The position numbers and the translations under genes are program-made. Below the pieces are notes generated by a model that was given only the letters and a program-made list of their open reading frames with translations, was not told the DNA's origin and did not search any database. Shown here in pieces: positions 1 through 11,919 of a stretch of 64,000 nt of DNA (its first letter is position 1; each line of letters begins with the position of its first letter). Source of the DNA: an uncultured Pseudomonadota bacterium (GTDB taxonomy: Bacteria > Myxococcota_A > Polyangia > Fen-1088); the NCBI GenBank assembly GCA_963847705.1, contig CAWKBC010000001.1, positions 1-64,000 of the forward strand, given 5' to 3'.

Positions 1-344
1 AACAGCGTGGAGAAGAGATCGTTCATATCGAACTCGCCCGACATCCCGCCGCCCGCGCCGGCGCGCGAGCGCCCGAACGTCTGCGCGAACGCCTCGGCGT
101 CGAACCCCTCCGGCATTCCGTCGGGTCGGACGGGCGCGTGCTTGAGACGGTCGTACTCCTGGCGCTTCTTGGCATCGCCGAGGACCTCATAGGCCTCGGC
201 GATCTCCTTGAAGCGCTCGGTCTTCTTCTTGTCGTTGCCGGTGGTGTCGGGGTGCAGCTCCTTGGCGAGCTTGCGATACGCCTTCTTGATCGCCGCTTCG
301 TCCGCGTTCTCCGCAACCCCCAGCGTCTTATAAAGATCTTTCAT
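1..344 (-). CDS. DnaJ/CbpA-class chaperone, N-terminal J-domain (runs off the window edge)
   Basis: Manual translation (not in ORF track): MKDLYKTLGVAENADEAAIKKAYRKLAKELHPD...RFKEIAEAYEVLGDAKKRQEYD, then a G/F-rich stretch; HPD motif; directly downstream of clpB. Confidence 0.93.
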   Translation of the reverse strand, partial: MKDLYKTLGVAENADEAAIKKAYRKLAKELHPDTTGNDKKKTERFKEIAEAYEVLGDAKKRQEYDRLKHAPVRPDGMPEGFDAEAFAQTFGRSRAGAGGGMSGEFDMNDLFSTL

Positions 345-362
345 TCGTGCTTGGTCACTCCA

Positions 363-2978
<2,616 letters not shown>

Positions 2979-3071
2979 GGGACGGCTAAAGAGGTAAGCA
3001 CCACGACGGGCCCGACAAGCCGCGGTACGGTGACGCCTCGAGCGAGCCTCCTGGTCCCCGTCTTCGACCTA

Positions 3072-3099
3072 TCGACAAGCGAACGGTTCCGAGTAGATT
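3072..3099 (+). promoter_or_regulatory. Putative sigma70 promoter of dnaX (leaderless)
   Basis: TCGACA-N16-TAGATT, 7 nt before GTG 3107; no SD sequence. Confidence 0.55.
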
Positions 3100-3106
3100 C
3101 CGATGG

Positions 3107-4936
3107 GTGTCGTACCTGGTTTTGGCCCGGAAGTACCGGCCGCAGCGCTTCTCGGAGCTGATCGGGCAGGAGCACGTCGCCCGGACGCTCTCGAACGCCA
3201 TCGCCCAGAACCGGGTGCACCACGCCTTTCTCTTCACGGGGGCGCGCGGGGTCGGGAAGACCAGCGCGGCCCGCATCCTGGCCAAGGCGCTCTCCTGCGA
3301 GAAGGGTCCGACGGCCGAGCCCTGCGGCGTCTGCGACCTCTGTCAGGAGATCGCGGGCGGGCGCTCGGTCGACGTCATCGAGATCGACGCCGCCTCCAAC
3401 ACCAAGGTCGAGGAGACCAAGTCGGTCCTGGAGGGGGTCCGCTACCTGCCGGCGCGGGCGCGGCGCAAGGTCTACATCATCGACGAGGTGCACATGCTGT
3501 CGGCACACTCGTGGAACGCGCTCTTGAAGACCCTGGAAGAGCCGCCGCCGCATGTGGTCTTCGTGTTCGCCACCACCGAGGTGCACAAGATCCCGGCGAC
3601 GATCCTGTCGCGCTGCCAGCGCTTCGACTTCAAGCTGATCTCGACCGCGCGGCTGACCACGCATCTCACCGAGATCCTGCGCGCCGAGAAGATCGACGCC
3701 GCGCCCGAGGCGGTCCGTCTGGTTGCCCGGCAGGCGGCCGGCTCCGTGCGCGACGGCCTCTCGCTGCTCGATCAGACGATCGCCTACGTCGGGACTGAAC
3801 AGCTGACCGCCGAGGTGACGGCCGACGTGCTGGGGATCGCCGACCGGCAGCTGCTGGTGGCGCTGACCGTGGCGGTGCTCGATCGCGATCCAGGGGCGGC
3901 GCTGCGCCTCATCGCCCGGGCGGCCGATCGCGGGGTCGACCTCGGACAGCTCGGGCGGTCATTCCTCGGTTTCTTGCGCGATCTCGAGGTGGTCGCCTCG
4001 GTGAAGCCGGTGCCGGGCGTCGAGCTGGCCGATCTCCTCGACGCGACGCCGGAGGAGATCGAGGAGGTGCGGGCGCTGGCCGAGCGGGCCGGACCGGGCC
4101 TGGTCACCGTTCTCTTCGATCGCTGGGCGCGCGCCGTCGACGAGGCGTCGCGCCTTCCGACGCCGCGCCTCCTCTACGAGATGGCGGCCATCGATCTCTG
4201 CGCGGCGGAGCCGATGGTGCCGCTCGGCGAGCTGCTGCAGCGCCTCGACGAGCTGGAGGGGCGCCTGCGGGGCGCGCGTTCGACGCCTGCGCCCGCCACG
4301 GGCGGTGGTGGCTCGGCGCCGGCCCCGGGCCTGCCTCCCAAGGCGAAGCCGCCGACCCCGGGACCGCGCGCTTGGGGCGCCCCGGTCTCGGCGGCCGCGG
4401 CGAGCCCGCCGGCGGAGGTGGCGCCCCCGGCGTCGACATCGGCGGCTGTCGCGGCGCCGCCGCCGGTCGCCGTTTCGGTCGCCCCTTCGGCGACGGCTTC
4501 GCCACCCGCGGAGAAGAAGCCGGTCGGCAGCCCGGCCGAGGTCTGGCGGAGTATCCTGACCAACTTCGAGGCCAGGCGGCCGCGGCTGGCGGGCCTGCTG
4601 GCGCACGCGGAGGTGGCCTCGATGACCGCAGGGGCGGTCACGCTGATTTTTCCGGATAAGTTCACCTCCGACCAGACCGAGAAGTCGCGTGGCGAGGTCG
4701 AGGCGTCGATCTCGGAGGCCCTGGGCCAGGCGACCCGCGTGACCTTCTCGGTGGGTGGCGCGGCGAACGGAGCGGCCGTCCGCCCAAACGGAACGACAGT
4801 CCGCTCGGAGGTCGGCCAGCAGAGCGACGCGGCCGCCGCCGATCGCAAGGCACGCGAAAACGAGGCCCGCCAGCATCCGCGCATCCGCAACGCGCAGGAT
4901 GTGTTCGGCGCCGCGCTCAAGGAGATCAAGACCTGA
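3107..4936 (+). CDS. dnaX: DNA polymerase III subunit gamma/tau
   Basis: SYLVLARKYRPQ, GARGVGKT, Zn cluster, DEVHML, SRC motif; Pro/Ala linker; upstream of ybaB-recR. Confidence 0.97.
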   Translation: MSYLVLARKYRPQRFSELIGQEHVARTLSNAIAQNRVHHAFLFTGARGVGKTSAARILAKALSCEKGPTAEPCGVCDLCQEIAGGRSVDVIEIDAASNTKVEETKSVLEGVRYLPARARRKVYIIDEVHMLSAHSWNALLKTLEEPPPHVVFVFATTEVHKIPATILSRCQRFDFKLISTARLTTHLTEILRAEKIDAAPEAVRLVARQAAGSVRDGLSLLDQTIAYVGTEQLTAEVTADVLGIADRQLLVALTVAVLDRDPGAALRLIARAADRGVDLGQLGRSFLGFLRDLEVVASVKPVPGVELADLLDATPEEIEEVRALAERAGPGLVTVLFDRWARAVDEASRLPTPRLLYEMAAIDLCAAEPMVPLGELLQRLDELEGRLRGARSTPAPATGGGGSAPAPGLPPKAKPPTPGPRAWGAPVSAAAASPPAEVAPPASTSAAVAAPPPVAVSVAPSATASPPAEKKPVGSPAEVWRSILTNFEARRPRLAGLLAHAEVASMTAGAVTLIFPDKFTSDQTEKSRGEVEASISEALGQATRVTFSVGGAANGAAVRPNGTTVRSEVGQQSDAAAADRKARENEARQHPRIRNAQDVFGAALKEIKT

Positions 4937-5256
4937 TGTCGATCCCGGACCTCAAAGGACTGCTCGAGACGGCCCAGCGGATTCAGACCGAGGTGGCGCG
5001 GGTGCGCGAGGAACTGGCGCGCAAGACCGTCGTCGGCGAGACGGGCGGCGGCCTCTGCCGCTGCACCGCCAACGGCAAAGGGGAGATCCTCTCGATTGTC
5101 ATCGAGGACGCCATCGTCGGCGACAAGAAGATGATCGAGGACCTGGCGGCCGGCGCGGTGAACATCGCGCTCCAGCGCGCGCGAGAGATGGCCGACGCCG
5201 ACCTGGCCCAGGTGACCGGCGGCCTCCCGGTCCCCCCCGGAATGTTCGGGGGCTAG
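4936..5256 (+). CDS. ybaB: YbaB/EbfC nucleoid-associated protein
   Basis: 106 aa; GETGGG, DKKMIEDL...AVNIAL; canonical position between dnaX and recR. Confidence 0.92.
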   Translation: MSIPDLKGLLETAQRIQTEVARVREELARKTVVGETGGGLCRCTANGKGEILSIVIEDAIVGDKKMIEDLAAGAVNIALQRAREMADADLAQVTGGLPVPPGMFGG

Positions 5257-5263
5257 GGCGGGG

Positions 5264-5938
5264 ATGTTCGCCTCGCCGATCGCCAAGCTGATTCAGCAGC
5301 TGGCCAAGCTGCCGGGCGTGGGGGAGAAGACCGCCGCCCGGTTGGCGTTTCACATCCTGCGCGCCGCGCCCGAGGACGCCGCGGCCCTGGCGGCCGCCAT
5401 CGGCGAGATTCGCCAGAAGATCCGCTTCTGCTCGGTGTGCTGCGATCTCACCGAGGCCGACCCCTGCGCGATCTGCCGCGATCAGCGGCGCGACGGGGCG
5501 CTGGTCTGCGTGGTGGCGCAGCCGCAAGATCTGATCGCCATCGAGCGGGCGGGGGGCTACCGCGGCCGCTACCACGTCCTGCATGGCCTCCTCTCCCCTC
5601 TGGACGGGATCGGGCCCGATGACCTGCGCGTGGCCGAGCTGGTCAGGCGGTTCAGCGCAGGGACCCTGGAAGGGTCCCCGCACCCTCCCGCGACGAGCTC
5701 CGCCGGGCAGAGCCCGGCTCCGCTCACGCGTGGTGGCGACGGGACCGTCCTCGAGGCCATCCTGGCGACCAGCACCGGGGTCGAGGGGGAGGCGACGGCC
5801 GTCTATCTGGCCAAGCTGCTCCGCCCGCTCGGGGTGCGGACCACGCGGATCGCCACCGGCGTCCCGATGGGCGGCGAGCTCGAGTATGCCGATCAGGCGA
5901 CGCTCGCCCGTGCCATCGACGGCCGGCGCGAGATGTAG
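5264..5938 (+). CDS. recR: Recombination mediator RecR with a ~24-aa repeat-derived insertion
   Basis: LPGVGEKTAARLA (HhH), C4 Zn finger, YHVLHG, EGEATA, GVPMGGELEYAD. Confidence 0.97.
   Translation: MFASPIAKLIQQLAKLPGVGEKTAARLAFHILRAAPEDAAALAAAIGEIRQKIRFCSVCCDLTEADPCAICRDQRRDGALVCVVAQPQDLIAIERAGGYRGRYHVLHGLLSPLDGIGPDDLRVAELVRRFSAGTLEGSPHPPATSSAGQSPAPLTRGGDGTVLEAILATSTGVEGEATAVYLAKLLRPLGVRTTRIATGVPMGGELEYADQATLARAIDGRREM
5660..5730 (+). repeat. Dispersed double-hairpin repeat, copy 1 (in-frame inside recR)
   Basis: GGGACCCT-GGA-AGGGTCCC, then CCTCCCGCGACGAGCTCC-GCCGGGC-AGA-GCCCGGC-TCCGCTCACGCG; matches 6623-6690. Confidence 0.85.
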
Positions 5939-6024
5939 GGCCGCGCGAGCTTGGACGCCAGCCTCCGAGGTGGCGCCCTTCGGGTGACGAGCCTTCAGGA
6001 TTCCACGCCGGCGGCCGACGTTAA

Positions 6025-6081
6025 ATGTTGTCGGCAGATGTTGTCGGCGGCGTTCCACCGACGGCGCAGCTGGGGTACAAT
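6025..6081 (+). promoter_or_regulatory. Putative mglBA promoter with an upstream direct repeat
   Basis: ATGTTGTCGGC at 6025-6035 and 6038-6048, then TTCCAC-N17-TACAAT (6053-6081). Confidence 0.45.
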
Positions 6082-6140
6082 GCTTGAAACCCGGTTTCGC
6101 GAATGATATTCGTGAGCATTCCGGATTGGCGAGGAGCGCG

Positions 6141-6620
6141 ATGAGTGGCCCCGATGTGATGTTTCCCGAAGAGCAGCAGCAGATGTCACTCGTCTGCGCG
6201 CGGCTCGCTCGGGACGCCAACGCAAAAGCAGTGTTGCTCATCGGCCGCGACGGCCAGCCGATCGCCGACGCCGGCGACGTCGAGGAGCTGGACGTGACCT
6301 CGCTGTCGTCGCTGACGGCCGGCAACGTCGCCGCCACCGGCGGCATCTCGAAGATCCTGCGCGAGAAGGATTTCTCGAGTCAGTTCCACGAGGGGGAGAA
6401 GACCAACATCCACATCACGCTGGTGGGTGGACGCGCGATCTTGCTCGTGCTGTTCGACGAGCGGTCGTCGCTGGGTCTGGTCCGCCTGCGCGTCCGGAAG
6501 TCCTCGGACGAGATGGTGCGCCTGTTCGATCAGGTGGCGAAGAAGGCCGCTTCCAAGAGCCAGCCGTCGATCCTGACGGAGATCACCGACAGCGACATCG
6601 ACAACCTATTCAATGACTGA
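6141..6620 (+). CDS. mglB: MglB, roadblock/LC7 GAP of MglA
   Basis: SLSSLTAGNVAA, SLGLVRLR, EITDSDIDNLF; SD GAGGAG before ATG 6141. Confidence 0.96.
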   Translation: MSGPDVMFPEEQQQMSLVCARLARDANAKAVLLIGRDGQPIADAGDVEELDVTSLSSLTAGNVAATGGISKILREKDFSSQFHEGEKTNIHITLVGGRAILLVLFDERSSLGLVRLRVRKSSDEMVRLFDQVAKKAASKSQPSILTEITDSDIDNLFND

Positions 6621-6622
6621 CG

Positions 6623-6690
6623 TGGAACCCTGGGAGGGTTCCAAACCTCCCGCGACGAGCTCCGGAGGCGAAGGCTCCTTCGCTCACGCG
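6623..6690 (+). repeat. Dispersed double-hairpin repeat, copy 2 (mglB-mglA intergenic)
   Basis: TGGAACCCT-GGG-AGGGTTCCA, then CCTCCCGCGACGAGCTCC-GGAG-GCGAAGG-CTCC-TTCGCTCACGCG; starts 2 nt after the mglB stop. Confidence 0.85.
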
Positions 6691-6734
6691 ATCGCCGCCG
6701 TGATCACCAGGCATCTGCCGAGACGGGTGGTCGA

Positions 6735-7322
6735 TTGAGCTTCATCAACTACTCGTCACGGGAGATCAACTGCAAGCTGGTCTACTACGGGCCCGGTCTG
6801 TGCGGGAAGACCACCAACCTGCACTACATCTATGCGAAGACCAGCCCCGACGCGAAGGGGAAGATGATCTCGCTGGCGACCGAGACCGAGCGGACGCTGT
6901 TCTTCGACTTCCTGCCGCTGTCGCTGGGTGAGATCCGCGGCTTCAAGACCCGTTTTCATCTGTACACCGTCCCCGGCCAGGTTTTCTACGACGCCAGCCG
7001 CAAGCTGATCTTGAAGGGCGTCGACGGCGTGGTCTTCGTGGCCGATTCGCAGATCGAGCGCATGGAGGCGAACATCGAGTCGCTCGACAACCTGCGCCTC
7101 AACCTGACCGACCAGGGCTACAACCTCGACAAGCTCCCGTACGTCGTCCAGTACAACAAGCGCGACCTGCCGAACGCCGCGCCGCTCGAGCAGCTGCGCG
7201 AGGTGCTGAACCCGACCAAGGCCCCCGAGTTTGAGGCCTGCGCCACCAGCGGCGCCGGCGTCTTCGACACGCTGAAGGCCGTCGCCAAGTCCGTCCTGAC
7301 CGAGCTGCGCCGCGGGCAGTAG
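6735..7322 (+). CDS. mglA: Gliding-motility polarity GTPase MglA
   Basis: [42 protein letters not shown]; TTG start. Confidence 0.98.
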   Translation: MSFINYSSREINCKLVYYGPGLCGKTTNLHYIYAKTSPDAKGKMISLATETERTLFFDFLPLSLGEIRGFKTRFHLYTVPGQVFYDASRKLILKGVDGVVFVADSQIERMEANIESLDNLRLNLTDQGYNLDKLPYVVQYNKRDLPNAAPLEQLREVLNPTKAPEFEACATSGAGVFDTLKAVAKSVLTELRRGQ

Positions 7323-7467
7323 CCTCGCGGGTTGGCGATCGCACCAACCGTGTGGCCGGCTGAAGCGGAGGCGTGGGCGACCGCGTTCGCTGCGCCTCAA
7401 CTTGCTCTCCGAGGACCGACTCGCAGGTTTCTAACTGGATCGGTCGTTTCAGGAAACGGAGGGACTC

Positions 7468-8211
7468 ATGCGTATCACAACCATGCTGGGGGATGCGCTC
7501 GGCAGAGGGATTTCGTTCCTGCCGAACATCATCGCCGCAGTCGTCATTCTGGCCGTCGGGCTCTTTATTGCGAAGGCCCTCGGGAGGTTGACTGAACGGT
7601 CGTTGCAAGCTGTCGGGCTTCATCGCCGGTCATCGGCCCAGAAACTATTGGGGGAGGGGCGCTCGCTCGAGCGGGTGCCCAGCGCCGGCGGACGCATCGT
7701 CTACTGGGTGCTGGGCCTGGTGACGATCGGGCTGGCCGTCGACGCGCTTCACCTGGCCTGGCTCAGTGCCGGCGTGGCGCGCGTGCTCGGCTACCTGCCG
7801 AACGTGCTCGCGGCGGGCGCGATCGTGCTGTGCGGGTACGTGGCGGGCAACTTTGTCGCGGGGCAGTTCGCGCGACGTGAAGCGGGGGCGACGCTGCTGC
7901 CGCGGCTGGCACGCGGCGGGATCTTCGCGCTGGCGGCGTTCATGGCGCTGCAGCAGCTCGGGATCGCGTCGTCCATCGTCACCATCGCCTTCACGGCCGC
8001 CATCGGGGCCATGGCGGTGGCCGGGGCGCTGGCGTTCGGGCTCGGCAACCGCGAGCTGGCGGGGCGGGTCACGAGCGAGTGGTACGCCCGGCGCGGCAGC
8101 GGCCTGCGGCGCATGGATGCGAGCTCGATGCGCGCCACCACCCTCGACGAGCACCGCGGTCTGGGCGTGGGAGGCGAGCTGGGCGGGCCGACGGAACATT
8201 CCCATCACTGA
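7468..8211 (+). CDS. Membrane protein with MscS-type/CmpX TM-helix repeats
   Basis: Two FLPNIIAA / YLPNVLAA repeats; ALQQLGIA...ALAFGLG motif; SD GGAGG. Confidence 0.75.
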   Translation: MRITTMLGDALGRGISFLPNIIAAVVILAVGLFIAKALGRLTERSLQAVGLHRRSSAQKLLGEGRSLERVPSAGGRIVYWVLGLVTIGLAVDALHLAWLSAGVARVLGYLPNVLAAGAIVLCGYVAGNFVAGQFARREAGATLLPRLARGGIFALAAFMALQQLGIASSIVTIAFTAAIGAMAVAGALAFGLGNRELAGRVTSEWYARRGSGLRRMDASSMRATTLDEHRGLGVGGELGGPTEHSHH

Positions 8212-8281
8212 GGCCCGCCGTGGCCGCGCAAGAAGGAGAACCCCCGGTGGCGGGCCAATCTCCGGAATCGGTCCGCCTTGG

Positions 8282-10135
8282 CTAGGCCTTGCGCAGGCAG
8301 GCCGTCGCGAACAGGCCGGCGATCGCCGCCTGGAGGCCGAGCCAGTACGGCTCCACGGCGTCGGGGATGAAGCGGAGGTCGACGGTGTGGGCGATGGCCG
8401 CGAAGAGCAGGGCGCCCGCCACGCCGAAGCCGAAGCCGGCCAGCGCCGGCCGCAGGCGGCGCACGCCGTAGAGCAGCAGCGTGAGCAGGACCGGGACGGC
8501 GGCGCTGTAGACCAGCGTCGCGCTCAGCGGCCCGCCCGAAAGATCGGTGAAGCCGCCCGAGAGCGCGCCGGCCACGGCGTGCGCGTGGGACCAGGAAACC
8601 GGGACGGCCCAGGTCAGATCCAGTCCCGAAGCGCCGACCACGAAGGCTGCCAGCGCGCCGAAGCCGAGCTTGGCGACGGCGATCCCGCGCCGGCGCGTCA
8701 GCACCAGGCCGAGCAGGCCGGCCGCCAGGCCCAGGCCCAGCTCCTCGCCGCCGCGCGCGTCGCGCGTCTTGTGCAGCGCCGCCGCCGCATCGACGATGCC
8801 GGCGCCGTAGTGGTCGTCGACCCGCGCGCCCGCGGCGGCGTCGCGCCCCGCCGGCTTGCGCGCGGTGGCGAGCAGGATCTCCTCGACGGCGGCTGGCTTC
8901 TTCACGCCGGCGCTCACCACCAGCGCGGCCACGCCCGCGACGTGCGGCGTCGCCATCGACGTCCCCATGAACCAGAGGTAGTCGGTGCGCTTGGTGTCGC
9001 CCGGCACGATGGTGTGCTGCAGGACGCCCCCCTGGGCGTTGCCGCGCGTGTTCCCGCCCGGCGCGGCGATGTCGACCTCCGGGCCCCAGTTCGAATAGAA
9101 GGTGGTCGCCTCGTCCTGCTGGGTCGCGGCGACGGCGATGACGTCCGGGTAGCGCGCCGGGTAGCTCACCCGGCCGTGCCCGTCGTTCCCGGCGGCGGCG
9201 ATCACCACCACGCCCTTGTCGTGGGCGTACTTGATGGCCTTGGCCATGGGGGCCATCGAGCGCCCGCCGCCCAGGCTCATGTTGATGACGTTGGCGCCGT
9301 GGTCGGCGGCCCAGCGGATCGACTGCGAGATGCCGCCCATCGAGCCCGACCCCTGCGCGGAGAGCACCTTGAGCGGCATGATGGTCGCGCCGTAGGCGAC
9401 GCCGGCCACGCCGAGCTTGTTGTTGGTCGACTCGGCGATCGTGCCGGCGACGTGCGTGCCGTGGCCGTGGTCGTCGGCGGCGTTGGCGTTGTTGGCGACG
9501 AAGTTGTAGCCGGCGACGAACTTGGTGTCGGCCAGATCGCCGACCTTGGTGACGCCGGTGTCGATGACGGCCACCACCGCGCCCTTGCCGTTCCCCTGCT
9601 TCCAGGCGGTCGGCATGCCGATCTGGCGCATGTGCCACTGGTACTTGTAGCAGGCGTCATTGGGGAAGCTGTCCGCGTCGCCGGCGCCGGCCTTGCCGTT
9701 GCACTCGGCCTCCATCGAGCCGGTCGACTGCGCGTCGGCCAGCTCCTCCTGCGCCTCCTCGTCGGCGGGGATCGTCGCCAGCGCGTCGTAGTCGACGCTT
9801 TCGACGTCGGGATCGCGGGCCAGCGTGGCGGCGGCCGCGGCGGCCGCGTCGGCGTCGGCGAAGTCGATCTGATAGAGCCCGTCGACCGCCGAGTAGTCGC
9901 TCACCGGGACCTCGTGGAAGCCGGTCGCGGCCAGCGCCCCCTGCGAGATGTCGTCGCGGAAGTCGACGATGAGGCGCCTCGGCACGAGGCCAGCCTCCTC
10001 GGCCAGCTCCTCGCTCGACACGGCTGGTTTCTGCGCCGGCGGGGGACCGCTGTGCCAGAGCGCTCCAGCCCCCACCAGCACCGCAGCGAAACCAACCCAG
10101 GGTGCCACAAAAGAGACCAGGCTCGACTTCCGCAT
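8282..10135 (-). CDS. Subtilisin-like S8 serine peptidase with C-terminal membrane segments
   Basis: Catalytic triad motifs VIDTG, HGTHVAG, GTSMATPHV; AAGN; N-terminal anchor and several C-terminal hydrophobic helices. Confidence 0.93.
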   Translation of the reverse strand: MRKSSLVSFVAPWVGFAAVLVGAGALWHSGPPPAQKPAVSSEELAEEAGLVPRRLIVDFRDDISQGALAATGFHEVPVSDYSAVDGLYQIDFADADAAAAAAATLARDPDVESVDYDALATIPADEEAQEELADAQSTGSMEAECNGKAGAGDADSFPNDACYKYQWHMRQIGMPTAWKQGNGKGAVVAVIDTGVTKVGDLADTKFVAGYNFVANNANAADDHGHGTHVAGTIAESTNNKLGVAGVAYGATIMPLKVLSAQGSGSMGGISQSIRWAADHGANVINMSLGGGRSMAPMAKAIKYAHDKGVVVIAAAGNDGHGRVSYPARYPDVIAVAATQQDEATTFYSNWGPEVDIAAPGGNTRGNAQGGVLQHTIVPGDTKRTDYLWFMGTSMATPHVAGVAALVVSAGVKKPAAVEEILLATARKPAGRDAAAGARVDDHYGAGIVDAAAALHKTRDARGGEELGLGLAAGLLGLVLTRRRGIAVAKLGFGALAAFVVGASGLDLTWAVPVSWSHAHAVAGALSGGFTDLSGGPLSATLVYSAAVPVLLTLLLYGVRRLRPALAGFGFGVAGALLFAAIAHTVDLRFIPDAVEPYWLGLQAAIAGLFATACLRKA

Positions 10136-10310
10136 ATTGGAATTATACGGCCGGGCCGCGAACTTCGCAGGCCCCCAGGATCATTTAAAAGTGAGCCGGC
10201 CGTGATACATTGGCCGCTGCCTTACGCCGCGATCTTCCCGGGGCAACTGCCGCCGCAGCCGCCTCGGTGGCTGCCCGGTCCGCCGCCTCGCGAAAACCTC
10301 CGAAACCGCC

Positions 10311-11735
10311 TTGGGAAAATCCCTCACGATTCGCCTCACCACCCTGCTCGCCGGCCTTGCCCTGCTGGCCGCAGCCGGGCCGACGCGCGCGCAGGACGCG
10401 AACCCGGCCGCGGTCGAGAAGATCAGCAAGCTCAACAAGAAGGCGGTCGACGAGTTCGAGAACCTGAACTTCGACCAGGCGCGTAAGATCCTCAAGGACG
10501 CCCTCGACGCCTGCTCCCGCAGCGGGCTCGACGGCAGTCAGATCGCGGCGCGCACCCACGTCCATCTGGGGGTGGTCCTGTTCGCCGGCTTCAAGGAGAA
10601 GGACGACGCGCTGGCGGAGTTCAAGAAGGCGCTGGAGATCGCGCCCGACGTCAAGCTCGACAAGCTGCTCGCCACCCCGGAGATCCAGGAGGTCTTCGAT
10701 CAGGCGGTCGAGGCCCAGAAGAGCGACAAGGGCGACAAGACGGGTGGCGACACGGCGCCCGCGGCCGCCGACGCCATCAGCCACGAGCCAGTGACCCGCG
10801 CCGCCCAGGGGAAACCGATTCCCATCAACATGACCCTCGATTCGTCGGTGAAGGCGAAGAAGGTCATGCTGTCGTTCAGCGCCGACGGGTCGGAGGACTT
10901 CGGCGAGCGCGAGATGAAAGAGGCCTCGCCCGGCAACTGGATGGGCGAGATCCCCGCTTCGGCCACCGAGGGGGCCAAGGTCTCGTACTACATCGAGGTC
11001 GACGGCGACGACGACCAGGTGGTGGCGAAGATGGGGTCGGCCGCCGAGCCGCTGGTGGTGGCGCTCCTCGGTCCGGGCGGGGCGCCGCTGGGGGTGGCCA
11101 AGAAGAAGGTGGCGCCACCTCCGCCCAAGCCCAAGGAAGCCGAGGGGCCGACCTGGTACCTCGGCCTCGGCGTGGGCAGTGGCTTCGGCTGGACGACCGG
11201 GACCGGCGAGGTCTACAACCAGGACGTCGTCAAGCCAGGCGGGTTCGCGGCCGCCAAGCTCGGCCAGCTCACGCCGGAGGTCGGCTATTTCCTCAGCCCC
11301 AATCTGATCCTGTCGCTGCAGCTCCGCCTTCAGAAGGTGAGCGGCGCGACGTCCTTCTACGCGCCCGCGGGCGACACCACCACCTGTGGAACGAGCATGA
11401 TCTGCGCGCCACCCTCGTTCGCCATCTCGGGGTTCGCGCGCGCCCACTTCCTGTTCGACTTCGACGATCTCCACCCGTTCGTCTCGGCCGCGGTGGGTGG
11501 CGGCTCGATTCGGCACGTCGCCACGTTCAACTCCAACCCCAGGTGCGGCAGCGACATGAAGACCACCTGTGTCGATACGATCGACGCCGGGCCGATCTTC
11601 CTGGGCGGCGGTGGCGGGCTGCTCTACAACCTGTCGGACAACTTCGCGCTGACCGCCGAGACGAACCTGCTCCTCGGCTTCACCAACTTCACGTTCAACG
11701 TCGACATCAATGTCGGCGTCGCCGTCGAGTTCTAG
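10311..11735 (+). CDS. Exported protein: TPR-like helices, Ig-like domain, putative C-terminal beta-barrel
   Basis: Signal peptide; helical TPR-like region; VSYYIEV beta domain; alternating strands ending in ...GVAVEF. Confidence 0.65.
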   Translation: MGKSLTIRLTTLLAGLALLAAAGPTRAQDANPAAVEKISKLNKKAVDEFENLNFDQARKILKDALDACSRSGLDGSQIAARTHVHLGVVLFAGFKEKDDALAEFKKALEIAPDVKLDKLLATPEIQEVFDQAVEAQKSDKGDKTGGDTAPAAADAISHEPVTRAAQGKPIPINMTLDSSVKAKKVMLSFSADGSEDFGEREMKEASPGNWMGEIPASATEGAKVSYYIEVDGDDDQVVAKMGSAAEPLVVALLGPGGAPLGVAKKKVAPPPPKPKEAEGPTWYLGLGVGSGFGWTTGTGEVYNQDVVKPGGFAAAKLGQLTPEVGYFLSPNLILSLQLRLQKVSGATSFYAPAGDTTTCGTSMICAPPSFAISGFARAHFLFDFDDLHPFVSAAVGGGSIRHVATFNSNPRCGSDMKTTCVDTIDAGPIFLGGGGGLLYNLSDNFALTAETNLLLGFTNFTFNVDINVGVAVEF

Positions 11736-11832
11736 CCCGGACCTCAGGCGGAGAACACCCGCGAGGCGAATCGCCTCAAGGGCGCGTATAATTCGCCAGA
11801 CGTGTCTATATAAGCCGGTTTATTGCGATAAA

Positions 11833-11916
11833 TCGTCTTACAAGACGAGATATTGGTATATCGCCATATAGGTCGATTAATAATTGTTCTTGGCTTGAAG
11901 TCGACTTATATGACGT
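11833..11916. promoter_or_regulatory. Three imperfect 16-bp palindromes, probable antitoxin operators
   Basis: TCGTCTTACAAGACGA (11833), TCGCCATATAGGTCGA (11861), TCGACTTATATGACGT (11901) in an AT-rich region upstream of the XRE gene. Confidence 0.7.
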
Positions 11917-11919
11917 ATT

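Noticed and set aside
2979-3106. SRP RNA or CIRCE element between clpB and dnaX
   Set aside because: The spacer is only 128 bp, and neither an SRP loop motif nor TTAGCACTC-N9-GAGTGCTAA was recognised.
3107-4936. Programmed frameshift in dnaX (gamma/tau)
   Set aside because: No A-AAA-AAG or poly-A slippery site seen in the linker.
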